Positions 1-11,389 of a stretch of 64,000 nucleotides of DNA are shown piece by piece. The stretch spans positions 11,067,201-11,131,200 of the forward strand of contig NC_083435.1 in assembly GCF_020745735.1 (NCBI RefSeq). Reading direction: 5' to 3'. Within the stretch, counting starts at the first letter, position 1. Every line of letters begins with the position of its first letter. Source of the stretch: Hemiscyllium ocellatum. Its lineage: Eukaryota. The position numbers were made by a program, and so were the translations under genes. The notes below the pieces were generated by a model. It saw only the letters and a program-made list of their open reading frames with translations, searched no databases and was not told the DNA's origin.

Positions 1-1097
1 TGATAGGGGAGGGGAGGGAAATATATCCTTGGTGGTGGGGTCCGTTTGGAGGTGGCGGAAATGGCGGCGGATAATACGTTGTATGCGCAGGTTGGTGGGG
101 TGGTAGGTGAGAACCAGTGGGGTTCTGTCTTGGTGGCGGTTGGAGGAGCGGGGCTCAAGGGCGGAGGAGCGGGAAGTGGAGGAGATGCGGTGGAGGGCAT
201 CGTCGATCACGTCTGGGGGGAATCTGCGGTCCTTGAAGAAGGAGGCCATCTGGGCTGTGCGGTGTTGGAATTGGTCCTCCTGGGAGCAGATGCGGCGGAG
301 ACGAAGGAATTGGGAATATGGGATGGCGTTTTTACAGGGGGCAGGGTGGGAGGAGGTGTAGTCCAGGTAGCTGTGGGAGTCAGTCGGTTTATAGTAAATG
401 TCTGTGTTGAGTCGGTCGCCCGAGATAGAAATGGAAAGGTCTAGGAAGGGGAGGGAGGAGTCTGAGACAGTCCAGGTGAATTTCAGGTCGGGATGGAAGG
501 TGTTAGTAAAGTTGATGAACTGTTCAACCTCCTCGTGGGAGCACGAGGCAGCGCCGATACAGTCATCGATGTAGCGGAGGAAAAGGTGGGGGGTGGTGCC
601 AGTGTAGTTGCGGAAGATGGACTGTTCCACATATCCTACGAAGAGGCAGGCATAGCTGGGGCCCATGCGGGTGCCCATGGCAACTCCTTTAGTTTGGAGG
701 AAGTGGGAGGATTGAAAAGAGAAGTTATTCAGGGTGAGGACCAGTTCAGTCAGTCGAAGGAGGGTGTCAGTGGAAGGGTACTGGTTGGTGCGGCGGGAAA
801 GGAAGAAGCGGAGGGCTTTGAGTCCTTCGTGATGGGGGATGGAGGTGTACAGGGACTGGATGTCCATAGTGAAAATAAGGCGTTGGGGACCGGGGAAGCG
901 AAAATCCTGGAGGAGGTGGAGGGCGTGGGTGGTGTCCCGAACGTAGGTGGGGAGTTCTTGGACTAAAGGGGACAGGACCGTGTCGAGGTATTGGGAGATG
1001 AGTTCGGTGGGGCAGGAGCAGGCTGAGACAATGGGTCGGCCGGGGCAGGCAGGTTTGTGGATTTTGGGCAGGAGGTAGAAACGGGCGGTGCGGGGTT

Positions 1098-2813
1098 GTG
1101 GGACTCCCAGGGGATCTCCCATCCACCGCCTCCAACCTCATAGTCCCACAACCCCGCACCGCCCGTTTCTACCTCCTGCCCAAAATCCACAAACCTGCCT
1201 GCCCCGGCCGACCCATTGTCTCAGCCTGCTCCTGCCCCACCGAACTCATCTCCCAATACCTCGACACGGTCCTGTCCCCTTTAGTCCAAGAACTCCCCAC
1301 CTACGTTCGGGACACCACCCACGCCCTCCACCTCCTCCAGGATTTTCGCTTCCCCGGTCCCCAACGCCTTATTTTCACTATGGACATCCAGTCCCTGTAC
1401 ACCTCCATCCCCCATCACGAAGGACTCAAAGCCCTCCGCTTCTTCCTTTCCCGCCGCACCAACCAGTACCCTTCCACTGACACCCTCCTTCGACTGACTG
1501 AACTGGTCCTCACCCTGAATAACTTCTCTTTTCAATCCTCCCACTTCCTCCAAATTAAAGGAGTTGCCATGGGCACCCGCATGGGCCCCAGCTATGCCTG
1601 CCTCTTCGTAGGATATGTGGAACAGTCCATCTTCCGCAACTACACTGGCACCACCCCCCACCTTTTCCTCCGCTACATCGATGACTGTATCGGCGCTGCC
1701 TCGTGCTCCCACGAGGAGGTTGAACAGTTCATCAACTTTACTAACACCTTCCATCCCGACCTGAAATTCACCTGGACTGTCTCAGACTCCTCCCTCCCCT
1801 TCCTAGACCTTTCCATTTCTATCTCGGGCGACCGACTCAACACAGACATTTACTATAATCCGACTGACTCCCACAGCTACCTGGACTACACCTCCTCCCA
1901 CCCTGCCCCCTGTAAAAACGCCATCCCATATTCCCAATTCCTTCGTCTCCGCCGCATCTGCTCCCAGGAGGACCAATTCCAACACCGCACAGCCCAGATG
2001 GCCTCCTTCTTCAAGGACCGCAGATTCCCCCCAGACGTGATCGACGATGCCCTCCACCGCATCTCCTCCACTTCCCGCTCCTCCGCCCTTGAGCCCCGCT
2101 CCTCCAACCGCCACCAAGACAGAACCCCACTGGTTCTCACCTACCACCCCACCAACCTGCGCATACAACGTATTATCCGCCGCCATTTCCGCCACCTCCA
2201 AACGGACCCCACCACCAAGGATATATTTCCCTCCCCTCCCCTATCAGCGTTCCGCAAGGACCACTCCCTTCGTGACTCCCTTGTCAGATCCACACCCCCC
2301 GCCGACCCGACCTCCACCCCCGGCACCTTCCCCTGCAACCGCAGGAAATGTAAAACTTGCGCCCACACCTCCACACTCACTTCCCTCCAAGGCCCCAAGG
2401 GATCCTTCCATATCCGCCACAAGTTCACCTGTACCTCCACACACATCATCTATTGCATCCGCTGCACCCGATGTGGCCTCCTCTATATTGGTGAGACAGG
2501 CCGCTTACTTGCGGAACGCTTCAGAGAACACCTCTGGGCCGCCCGAACCAACCAACCCAATCACCCCGTGGCTCAACACTTTAACTCCCCCTCCCACTCC
2601 ACCGAGGACATGCAGGTCCTTGGACTCCTCCACCGGCAGAACACAACTACACGACGGCTGGAGGAGGAGCGCCTCATCTTCCGCCTGGGAACCCTCCAAC
2701 CACAAGGTATGAATTCAGATTTCTCCAGCTTCCTCATTTCCCCTCCCCCCACCTTGTCTCAGTCGGTTCCCTCAACTCAGCACCGCCCTCCTAACCTGCA
2801 ATCCTCTTCCTGA
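1098..2813 (+). CDS. PLE reverse transcriptase + GIY-YIG endonuclease (N-terminally truncated; true element coding starts ~1110, the GTG 'start' is created by the fold-back junction)
   Basis: Motifs FYLLPKIHK, MDIQSLYTSIP, KGVAMGTRMGPSYA, FLRYIDD, PFLDL, CxxxxCxxC linker, IYCIRCTRCGLLYIGETGR (GIY-YIG), RFREH and terminal GMN; no stop codon over 571 codons. Confidence 0.93.
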   Translation: MGLPGDLPSTASNLIVPQPRTARFYLLPKIHKPACPGRPIVSACSCPTELISQYLDTVLSPLVQELPTYVRDTTHALHLLQDFRFPGPQRLIFTMDIQSLYTSIPHHEGLKALRFFLSRRTNQYPSTDTLLRLTELVLTLNNFSFQSSHFLQIKGVAMGTRMGPSYACLFVGYVEQSIFRNYTGTTPHLFLRYIDDCIGAASCSHEEVEQFINFTNTFHPDLKFTWTVSDSSLPFLDLSISISGDRLNTDIYYNPTDSHSYLDYTSSHPAPCKNAIPYSQFLRLRRICSQEDQFQHRTAQMASFFKDRRFPPDVIDDALHRISSTSRSSALEPRSSNRHQDRTPLVLTYHPTNLRIQRIIRRHFRHLQTDPTTKDIFPSPPLSAFRKDHSLRDSLVRSTPPADPTSTPGTFPCNRRKCKTCAHTSTLTSLQGPKGSFHIRHKFTCTSTHIIYCIRCTRCGLLYIGETGRLLAERFREHLWAARTNQPNHPVAQHFNSPSHSTEDMQVLGLLHRQNTTTRRLEEERLIFRLGTLQPQGMNSDFSSFLISPPPTLSQSVPSTQHRPPNLQSSS

Positions 2814-2946
2814 CCTCTCCGCCCCCACCCCACTCCGGCCTATCACCCTCACCTTGACCTCCTTCCACCTATCCCACCTCCATCGCCCCTCCCCCTAGTC
2901 CCTCCTCCCTACCTTTTATCTCAGCCTGCTTGGCTCTCTCTCTCTT

Positions 2947-2982
2947 ATTCCTGATGAAGGGCTTATGCTCGAAACGTCGAAT
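2947..2982 (+). ncRNA. Minimal type I hammerhead ribozyme (family A)
   Basis: attc-CTGATGA-a-gggc(ttat)gctc-GAAAC-GTC-gaat: conserved CUGAUGA/GAAA core, 4-bp stem II, attc/gaat stem I, palindromic ACGT stem III (dimer type), GUC cleavage triplet. HHRs in PLE pLTRs are established knowledge. Confidence 0.8.
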
Positions 2983-3720
2983 TCTCTATTCCTGAGATGC
3001 TGCCTAACCTGCTGTGCTTTGACCAGCAACACATTTGCAGCTGTGATCTCCAGCATCTGCAGACCTCATTTTTTACTCCCAGCTTGTAGCACAGAGAGTA
3101 ATCCTGATATTACAACCCACAAGAACCTCGTTTTTAAATTCCTGCGTAACTTTCTATATTCTCCCTACAGAATCTCATTCTTTTCACTTCCTATGTCATT
3201 GGCTCCAATGTGTACAATGACATTCTACCCTCTCCATTATGGGATCTGTCTAAACTGTTCACCTAAGCCTCTCTCTTTATTTCTACACCACATTTAAACA
3301 TCGCCATGATTCCAAACAAAAATAAACCTATTCTATTGCAAAAAATTTCCAGTGTTATAACATCTTCGTAAATCTCCTCTGTACCCTCACTGTTGTGATC
3401 ATATACTTCAAAGGTTGTGCACTGCACTCCGCAGTCTCTCAAGGGGTTTATACAGTAATAATTATCCTGGTTTTGCACTCTAGGCTATGGCAAATAAAGT
3501 TTCCCTTTGGTTGAGATGGTCTGGCCTGAAAAAAGGCAGGAAAATGATCAGTAGAGGCAAAATATTTTTTATGCTTGCAAAGCCATCATGTGTCAATGCA
3601 GGCTTGGTGGGCCAAAGGACCTCTTCCTGTGCTGTACTGACATTTGGTCTTTATCATGACCTTATAACTCCTTTACCGACCTGCTATCTGCAGGCATTTG
3701 CAGAAATGCAAACCAAGCTT

Positions 3721-3830
3721 CAGCTACTCTGTTCTGAAGAAGGGTCACTGAACCTGAAATGTTGACTCTGCTTTCTCTCTGCAGATGCTGCCCGACTTGC
3801 TGAGTTTCTCCAACTATCTCTGTTTTTTGC
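3721..3830 (+). mobile_element. PLE terminal fragment with degenerate HHR (family C)
   Basis: CTGAAGA-agggtcactgaacct-GAAATGTT-gactctgctttctctctgcagatgctg; same terminal sequence class as 9.6, 12.9, 24.1, 35.45 and 55.4 kb. Confidence 0.6.
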
Positions 3831-4884
3831 CATTCTGCTCCTCCTTAATTTTCAACATCCTACTATTTGCACTGGTTTTCCTGCTTTTCCCACCCTCCCT
3901 AAATACATCACACTTATGCAACTGGAACCACAATTGCCACCTTTCTGTTGGACTTCAGAGAGGCCATTTATCCTGAGCTGCCTTTCAAGGTAATTAAGGG
4001 GCTGTGTATGAATTGATTTTACACTCTGCCCATTTTTCCCTCCCACAGAATTCCTCCTGTGAAAACCAACATTTCACTGAGATTTCTGCACTGAAACAAC
4101 TTGCCAACCAACCAGCCCCACTTTTTTCTGCATGTTGCGATGGTTTGAAATTCGGCATTCTTGTATTTGTCCTGAGGGAGTGGGTGATGAAAAGATTCAG
4201 AAACATGTCTCTCTTTTTAGAATAATCCTGCAGTGTTGAATACAGCTGGTTGCTGTTTATGGTCCATTGATATTGGCAGAAGGATACACTGTTCTGAGCG
4301 AAGAAGTTCATGCTTGAGCTGTTGCACAGCCCCCTAAAAGAACCTTAACACTGGTCAATGGATATTGATTCTTTACTTGATTCAGTTTTGCATGTGTTAA
4401 ATAAAATGGTACAGCAGATGTAATTTAAGGGAATCCCATCATATCTGAACATTCGCAAGTCGGTGCTTTTACTTGCATGGAGTTACAATTACGTAGTCAC
4501 TTGTGGTAAGAACTGTGTTGTTTGTGCAAGTGAGATATGAGCCAAAGAATCAGAATTCAGATCAGCAAAATTCACTTCCTGATGGACAGGTTGGGATTTA
4601 CAACTAATCTTATCCCTTTAAAAGATTCCTGATCTTTACAACTAAACTGAGATTCTCAACATGCCATTTGCTTTTCAAGCTCACATGCCCTGTATTATTA
4701 GGACAGGCTTCTGGATTCCTAAAATAACACTTATTATGGATCAGGCCAGATCCCCTCAAAACATTTCAAGAAAGTAGACAGGCCCTAACTTTGCTAGTTA
4801 TCTTAAGCAGGTGTACAGTGAATGCTCCAGGAGTTTTAAACAAAGCAGAATTTATTTTCAATATTATATTTCAATATTTCTTTT

Positions 4885-5350
4885 TAAGAAAAATGAGGAA
4901 GGTTTAGAGAGGGTGCAGGTGAGATTTAGGAGAATGCTGCCTGGTCAGCAGGGCTTGTCTTATGAAGAAAGATTGAGAGAGTTAGGGCCTTTCTCATTGG
5001 AGTGAAGGATGACAGGTGACTTGATACAGGCGTATAAGATATTGAGAGGCACAGATAGAGTGGATAGACAGAGACCTTTTCCTGTGGCAGAAGTCTTTAT
5101 CATGAGGGTACATAATTTTAGGGTAATTGGAGGAAGGTTTAAGGGAGATGTCAGAAGTAGGATCTTTAATCAGAGTGGTAGGCGTGTGGTATGCACTGTC
5201 AGCAGTGGTAATAGAGGTGGATACCTTAGGGACACATAAGCAACTCTTGGATAGGCACATGGAAGTTAGTACCATGAAGGGTATGTAGATTAGTCTGATC
5301 CTAGAGTGGGATAAAAGACCAGCACAATCTCAAGTGCTGAAGGGCCTGTT
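4885..5350 (+). mobile_element. CR1 LINE 3' fragment (degenerate)
   Basis: Translates LERVQVRFRRMLPG...LSYEERLRELGPFSLE*RMTGDLIQAYKILRG, the CR1 ORF2 C-terminus. Confidence 0.8.
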
Positions 5351-8260
5351 TTGTGCTTACTGTTCTGTGTTGTATTACAATAAAACACAAACAAAAGTGA
5401 ACAGAATATAGAACAACTTGACCTATCCAAAAACCCAACAGACTATCCCAACTTATTGATGCTATTCCGTCTACTTGCGACAATCCCATAAACACTCTTT
5501 GGCACAAAAACCAAAATCAAACACAAGGTCTTTAATGAGAGAGAGCAATGGCAGAGATATTCAGCATGGAACATTTTCTTCCATGTCGCTGTTTCTTGGA
5601 CCAGCTGCCTCACTAACTGGCTGCCTGCTTTCAGTGAACAGTCAGTCTGACTTTTAAAAAATCCAAAACAAAAGCTGAGCTGGGAGAACTGGCCACTCCT
5701 CTTATGTTGCACAGGTACTTTTCTTTCAAAACTTGAAAGCCTTTTGACTGAGGCAGTATCTGTTGCTATAATCAAATTGGCCCGAAAACCCTTCAGCCCT
5801 TGAGTTTTCTAAATCACTGTCTTTCCGACCTCTCTGAAGGAAAAGCCACATACAGCATAACCTTGATAAAAAAGGAGCGTTGTCACACATTATATTAGAT
5901 CAAAGAGTTAAATATAGGGACAGGGTCAGCCATTCAGCCTCTCAAACCTATTTCCAATTTTATTGAGATCATGGCTGATTTGTAGCCGAACATCAGATAC
6001 CTGTCTTTTGCCCAAACACCTTAATACACTTGCTTAACTTTAAATCTTAGGTAGTTAAGCCTTTGATATTGCATTCACTGCCATTGGTGGAAGAGCATCC
6101 CAAATATCTATCACTCTTTGTGTGTAGAAATGCTGCTGAACATCCCTGCTGAACGGTCTGGCCCTAAGTCTCAGACTATGCCTCTATTTTACAAATACTT
6201 TATCTTTACTTCCCCTATCTTTTCCTGTTAATATCCTGAGACAGAAAGGTCTAAACTGGGAGGGTGGCGAGGGAAGAATTAGCGTGAGCATTCTGTTTCT
6301 CTGTCCATCTCAGTTTGATTCTCCATCTCGCTGCCTCTCAGTGCAGGAACAATTGGAACGTGGAGAGAATAATTTGAGTGTTATGTACCTTCACCCAAAA
6401 ACTGTTCCTATTGTTTTTGTTTTTGACTTTGTGGTGAATGACAAGATAGAATATACATAGGAACAAAGGATGTAAGATCAGGAGTAGATCACTTGTTCTA
6501 TCATGTTGTTTGACATTCAATGAGATCTCACCTTCACCTTTCTGTCTGTACACCCTAACCTTTCACTCCCCTCTCTGTGAAACTCAATTTTGAAAAAATA
6601 TAAAGACCCATCCTCCTGTACATTGTTGGGTAGAGATTACCATACTTCCTGGATCTCAGAGAGAAACATCATTTGTCTCTCTGTCATGAAAGGCAGATTT
6701 CTCCACCACAAGGTGTCCACCCTATCCAATCCATCAAGATCCGATATCATCCCTCATTTAGCCAAGGCAGTCCTGTCCTGTCTGCCAAATCTCTTCATTC
6801 TCTACCTCTCTGTCATTCTATTATCATCCTGAAACAAGGGAACATCACCACCAGCAAGTTCCCCTCCAAGTCACTGATTTCAAACTCTACTGCCACCCCC
6901 TCAGTGTCATTATGGTGATATCATGGAACTCCTCCCTGATAGCATTGGATGTCCCAAGAAAATGAAAGCACCTCAGCATCATCCCTAATTATAAACCAGC
7001 AACCCAACCAACTGAGCTAACCAACTATCCTCCCTGACCACCATAAAGACATAGGCATTGGTGACTCTGCTTGGATACATTCCTGGAGGTTTCACCACAT
7101 ATCCTCTGACCTTAAATTGCTCCACCTGCCCTTTCCCACCCTCTCTCTCCCACCACTGGTCACCTAGAACATCCATCCTCATAGTAACCATCTGTCCCCA
7201 GCCAACCAGAGAGTGAGCAGATCCTTGCACTCCTGATTGGATGCTAAGCATCTCCCATATTTTCATAATCAGCCAATTAAAGTGTTGAAAACAACAGATT
7301 CATTCCAAGCCCCTAATGATTTCTGTACCCTACCCTGCAACTGACTGCCTACTGGAAGTCCAGATGCCTGATGCCAGTCCAGGGTCTGTGCTACACCTCT
7401 GCCTGGACTTTGCCCAGTAACTGGATCAGGGCTCTGCCTACGCCTGGCCCTGTGTCTGATGCAGAGCTTTGTCTGAACTTAGGGCAAGCAGGATACCTTG
7501 TACTCACCAACTGATCAGACTTGGGGCCCACACAGATCCTGTCCACTGAAACACAGCTTTCTCCTGGGTTTAGGATCCAAATCAAATAATCCAATTAAAT
7601 GAGAGAAACTAACAGAAAATATCTACCTCAGTGATGGTGTTACAAATCAAATCAACAGATAACATAAATACTGAATTAGAAAACTGACTAACATTGTCCT
7701 GAAGCTCCTCTGAGAAAAACAGAAAAGACACTTTATGAAGGAGCAGTGATCATGAGTTCAGAAACTCAGAGAATTGTTGCAGTATATTTTAAAGAACACA
7801 TTGCTGCTACTGAGCACCAGGGTTGGACAGAGGTCCATCGGTACAGACCCAGTATTCTCAACCACCCCGGATATGACAATCCCTTCATCCCCAGGATCAT
7901 TATTATAACCCTCCTCTGAACAGCTTCCAAAGCCACCACATCCTTCCTTAGATAGGGTGGAGAGCCCAAAACAGATCATAAAATCATTGAAATGTAGAAT
8001 GGTCAACACAAAAAAAGGCCAGTTGTCACATTGTGTCTGAGATGACCCCATTTAAAGAGCAATACAACGATACTTATTGCCCTGACATTTGCCTGGCAGA
8101 TCATTCTGATTTTTGCTGATCTGGTCATGTCTATTGCTCTCCTCTCATGGACTCTGTCCCCATGAGCTCTGGGCATTGGGTGTCTACACTGCATTTTACA
8201 GGCTGCTGTAACTGAGTTCAACTGTTTCTGCTCTGAGTCTGATGCATTTCTGTCTTTACC

Positions 8261-8526
8261 TTCTCTGAGATCATGACTTGGAGGTGTCTTGTGTTGGACT
8301 GGGATGCACAAAGTTAAAAATCACACAACACCAGGTTATAGTCCAGCAGGTTTACTTGGAAACATTAGCTCATGAAATACTTGCCTCTTCCTCAGGTGAT
8401 TGTGGAGAAGGTTGTGTTCCCCACTACCATCTGATGAAGAAGCAGCACTTCCAAAGCTGGTGTTTCCAAACAAGCCTGTTGGACTATAACCTGGTGTTGT
8501 GTGATTTTTAACTTTCTCTAAGATCA
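8261..8526. mobile_element. Fold-back PLE mini-insertion (family B termini, head-to-head HHR remnants)
   Basis: aagttaaaaatcacacaacaccaggttatagtcc (8311) is inverted to ggactataacctggtgttgtgtgatttttaactt (ends 8514); flanked by imperfect direct repeat ttctct(g/a)agatca (8261..8273 / 8514..8526). Confidence 0.75.
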
Positions 8527-9599
8527 ATGACTATCTGTCTCTCAGTGAAACCGGTAAACTATTTAATAACAATCTGGTATGTAGAATATTGACTAAAGCT
8601 CTTTAAGAATATTCTTCCAGTGCCTTCTTTGCTAATTTGCAATAGCATGTCTCTGATTAATGTCATACTAAAATCATCATTTATACTTTCATTCCCATTT
8701 TACTGTGACTTTCTTGTTAGATAGACAGGTCTGATTGGATCATCCTCCACCTGATTCTCAGGCAGTGGATTCCAGTTCCTGACATCTCACTGTTTCATTG
8801 AAACCTTTTTCCTGCTGTTGTTTTTGATTAATTTGTCAGTCACTAGAAATCCATCAGCTCTTGTTCGGGACGCTTCTGTTAAAACAAACAATCATGCTTT
8901 CACTATTTTGTCCAGTCACCAGATAATTTTTATCAAATCTTGTAAACCTGCTCAGAATTTTCTCTACCCTCAGGAGAATAACCCACCTATCTGTTCTGCA
9001 AACTGAAGTCCTTCGTTCCCAAAACTGTAGTCAATGTATTATTCACATCTTTTGCAAAGTGTCATGCCCAGAATTGGATAGACCTCTCCAGTAGAGGTCA
9101 AACAAACTTTTGAAGAATTTCTTCATAGCTTTGTTCATTTTGTACAGATATTTGATTCAAAGTGAAGGACCATATAAATAAAAGGGTAAGTTCTAAAACA
9201 AGTGGAGGAACAAACAGTCTTTGATGAATATGTGCACACATCATTGATGATGTAACACTGTGATCAAGAGCTTAAAACCAATAGGTACCATTTCACACAA
9301 ATTACAGCTTCAAGATGTCAGTTCATTCCAAACGTCTCTGTCCTCTAGCTGTCCATCACTGATCTCCTTGCTGTTTAAATAAAACTACTTTGACGCTATC
9401 TATATCATTCGCAATTCAGTCCATGGGCCCACACCCAAGTCATTGAGCTATGCCAGAAAATCAATGCTCCAGGAACTGAGTCAGAAGAAACATCACCGAT
9501 AAACTCACTCCATCTGGAACAAAATACTCAGTCAGTGCCACCCAGATGGATTCATCTTCAGAAAATAAAGCACAAACAACTCTGCTTGTTGGAATTCAG

Positions 9600-9705
9600 A
9601 AACAAAAACAGAAATTGTTGAAAAAGGCTCAGTAAGTCGGGCAGCATTTGTGAGGAGAGTAACTGAGTTAACGTTTTCGGTCCAGTGACCCTTCTTCAGT
9701 CGCTG
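9600..9705 (-). mobile_element. PLE terminal fragment with HHR (family C)
   Basis: Minus strand reads CTGAAGA-agggtcactggacc-GAAAACGTT-aactcagttactctcctc. Confidence 0.65.
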
Positions 9706-9729
9706 TCGTTTCATTTTATAGGCTTTAAC

Positions 9730-10110
9730 TTTGAATTCTTTTTGAGTTATTCAGCATGAAATCGATCTTTCCATCCAACCAGTCCATGGCAACGATAATC
9801 CCAAACTAAACTAGTCCGGCCTTCCTACACTTGGTCCATATCCCTCCAAATATTTTTTATTCATCTACTTATCTAAACGTCTTTTAAATGCTGCAACTGT
9901 ACCCGCATCCACCACTTTCACACACGATGCACTCTCCGTGTAACAGATAATTGCCTCTTGTGTTTTTTTCTATTTCTCTCTCACCTTAAAAATATGTCCC
10001 CTCTTGAAATCCCGTACCCAAGGGGGAAAAAACACTTGTCATTCATATTATTTATACCCCTCATGATTTTATAAACCTCCATAAGGTCACACCTCAATTC
10101 CCTAACCTTC
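9730..10110 (-). mobile_element. CR1 LINE 3' end
   Basis: Reverse of the CR1 3' UTR/ORF2 end (catccaaccagtccatggc ... atgattttataaacctccataaggtcac). Confidence 0.7.
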
Positions 10111-11378
10111 ACTGAAAATTTAAATTTTAGGTGACAATTTCACAAATACCTCTTCAAGTCCAGACATCCTCGACCCGAACTGTGTCTTCAAGAGAAAACT
10201 CAAAGAATACAATTAAACGTGACTTGCTTTTAACAAAACCCATACTGGCTTTCCTCAATTACACCACACTTGTCTAACTGAAACCAAGATAATTCTTAAA
10301 AGTTCCCATCACGGAGGTTGGTTTCACTGCGCTGTTGCTGCTTGTTTTATGTTTGCATTTTAGTTTTGAACAAGTTGAAACAATGATAATTTTACAATAT
10401 TACAATCTTCAGACACCTAACTTTTAACCTGATTTGAATGAACAATTGAATAGATTTTTTTAAATAAATGCAGGGCTGCATGATACAGACACTGGGTTGG
10501 GAACAGCTGAATAGTCTCATCGATGTCTGTCCACAGCTTCAAAGGTTGAAGCAGGTGGACGTTCCCACTGCCCACCTCATTACTATCTCGACATGGCAAT
10601 GACTGAGGAAACTTGGCATCCTTTCCAGGCAACTAAAACTCCAGGACCCCCACCTGGAGACTCAAAATAATCCAGGTGAGTTTGGAATAGCAGATGTAAG
10701 GATACAAATGCTAGAGAAATTTGCAAATAAAACGAACAGCAAGTTTATTTACCGTTTCTTGGATGTAATCACTTTTAAGACATTTTGTTTGTGTTCCAGT
10801 GAAACTTAGGTTTTTTAATTGAAGAAACCACTTTCAAATGTTGTTCTGCACTCCATTACAAATTCTAATTATACAGACACAGATGCAATCTGAACAGGTT
10901 ATACACAGAGTGTATTTGAGTAATGCTGTTATTAAAACAGACATTTATATTGTAGCGATTTAAGGCCCATGTCACTGATGTACAGAATGATGAAAGAACA
11001 GGAAATGAGGGATAATTAATAACGGTGACTCCATCCACATGCTGTGCACCAACTGAACTGTTTATGAAACGGTTAAATATCATATGACTATGATATTCAC
11101 AAGCAGCCAGTTCACCAACATCTAAAGGTTTTCGAATCAGTACTTACAGCATTCTCACTCCATGTGGATACACAAATAGTCTCAAGTCAACTTCCCATTC
11201 TAATGTAAAATAAGCTCCCATAGACATAGGTCTGATCTTCCCTCCAATTTTATTTTATTTTCCTGGACAATATTTACAGACCTGAACAAACCTAATCCAT
11301 TTTCTCCGTATGATTAAATCATATGCGGGATATGGACTACCGCAACATGGTAAGAGTTTGAATAAAATCTCTGACATT

Positions 11379-11389
11379 TTTATTTTATT
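11379..11389 (-). terminator. Candidate polyadenylation signals of butyrophilin-like gene B
   Basis: Two overlapping AATAAA on the minus strand (plus tttatt at 11379 and 11384), ~620 nt downstream of the stop at 12004. Confidence 0.4.

Larger units (their letters stand above)
1..3078. mobile_element. Penelope-like retroelement, 5'-truncated, with inverted (fold-back) duplication; left arm runs off the window
   Basis: 1..1105 is the reverse complement of 1142..2246 (coordinate sum 2247; the mirror ORFs 46..444/1803..2201 and 493..966/1281..1754 differ by one residue each). The plus copy continues through the GIY-YIG domain, a pyrimidine-rich 3' region and an HHR, ending ...ctgcagacctcattttttac at ~3078. 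Confidence 0.93.
3330..7260. repeat. Paralogous block, copy 1 (homologous to 35050..41760)
   Basis: Shared colinear anchors: ggctatggcaaataaagt (3482/35199), ctccctaaa.ac.tcacac (~3895/~35606), taatcctgcagtgttgaatacagctggttg...catgcttgagctgttgcaca (4222-4328/39864-39968), ggtctaaa.tggg (6249/40719), ccaact.agctaaccaact (7008/41557), tccccagccaacca (7196/41708). Confidence 0.8.

Noticed and set aside
46-2712. Numerous alternative-frame and antisense ORFs (46..444, 493..966, 767..1159, 1088..1480, 2047..2712, etc.)
   Set aside because: Shadow frames of the GC-rich PLE ORF, doubled by the palindrome; no independent protein motifs.
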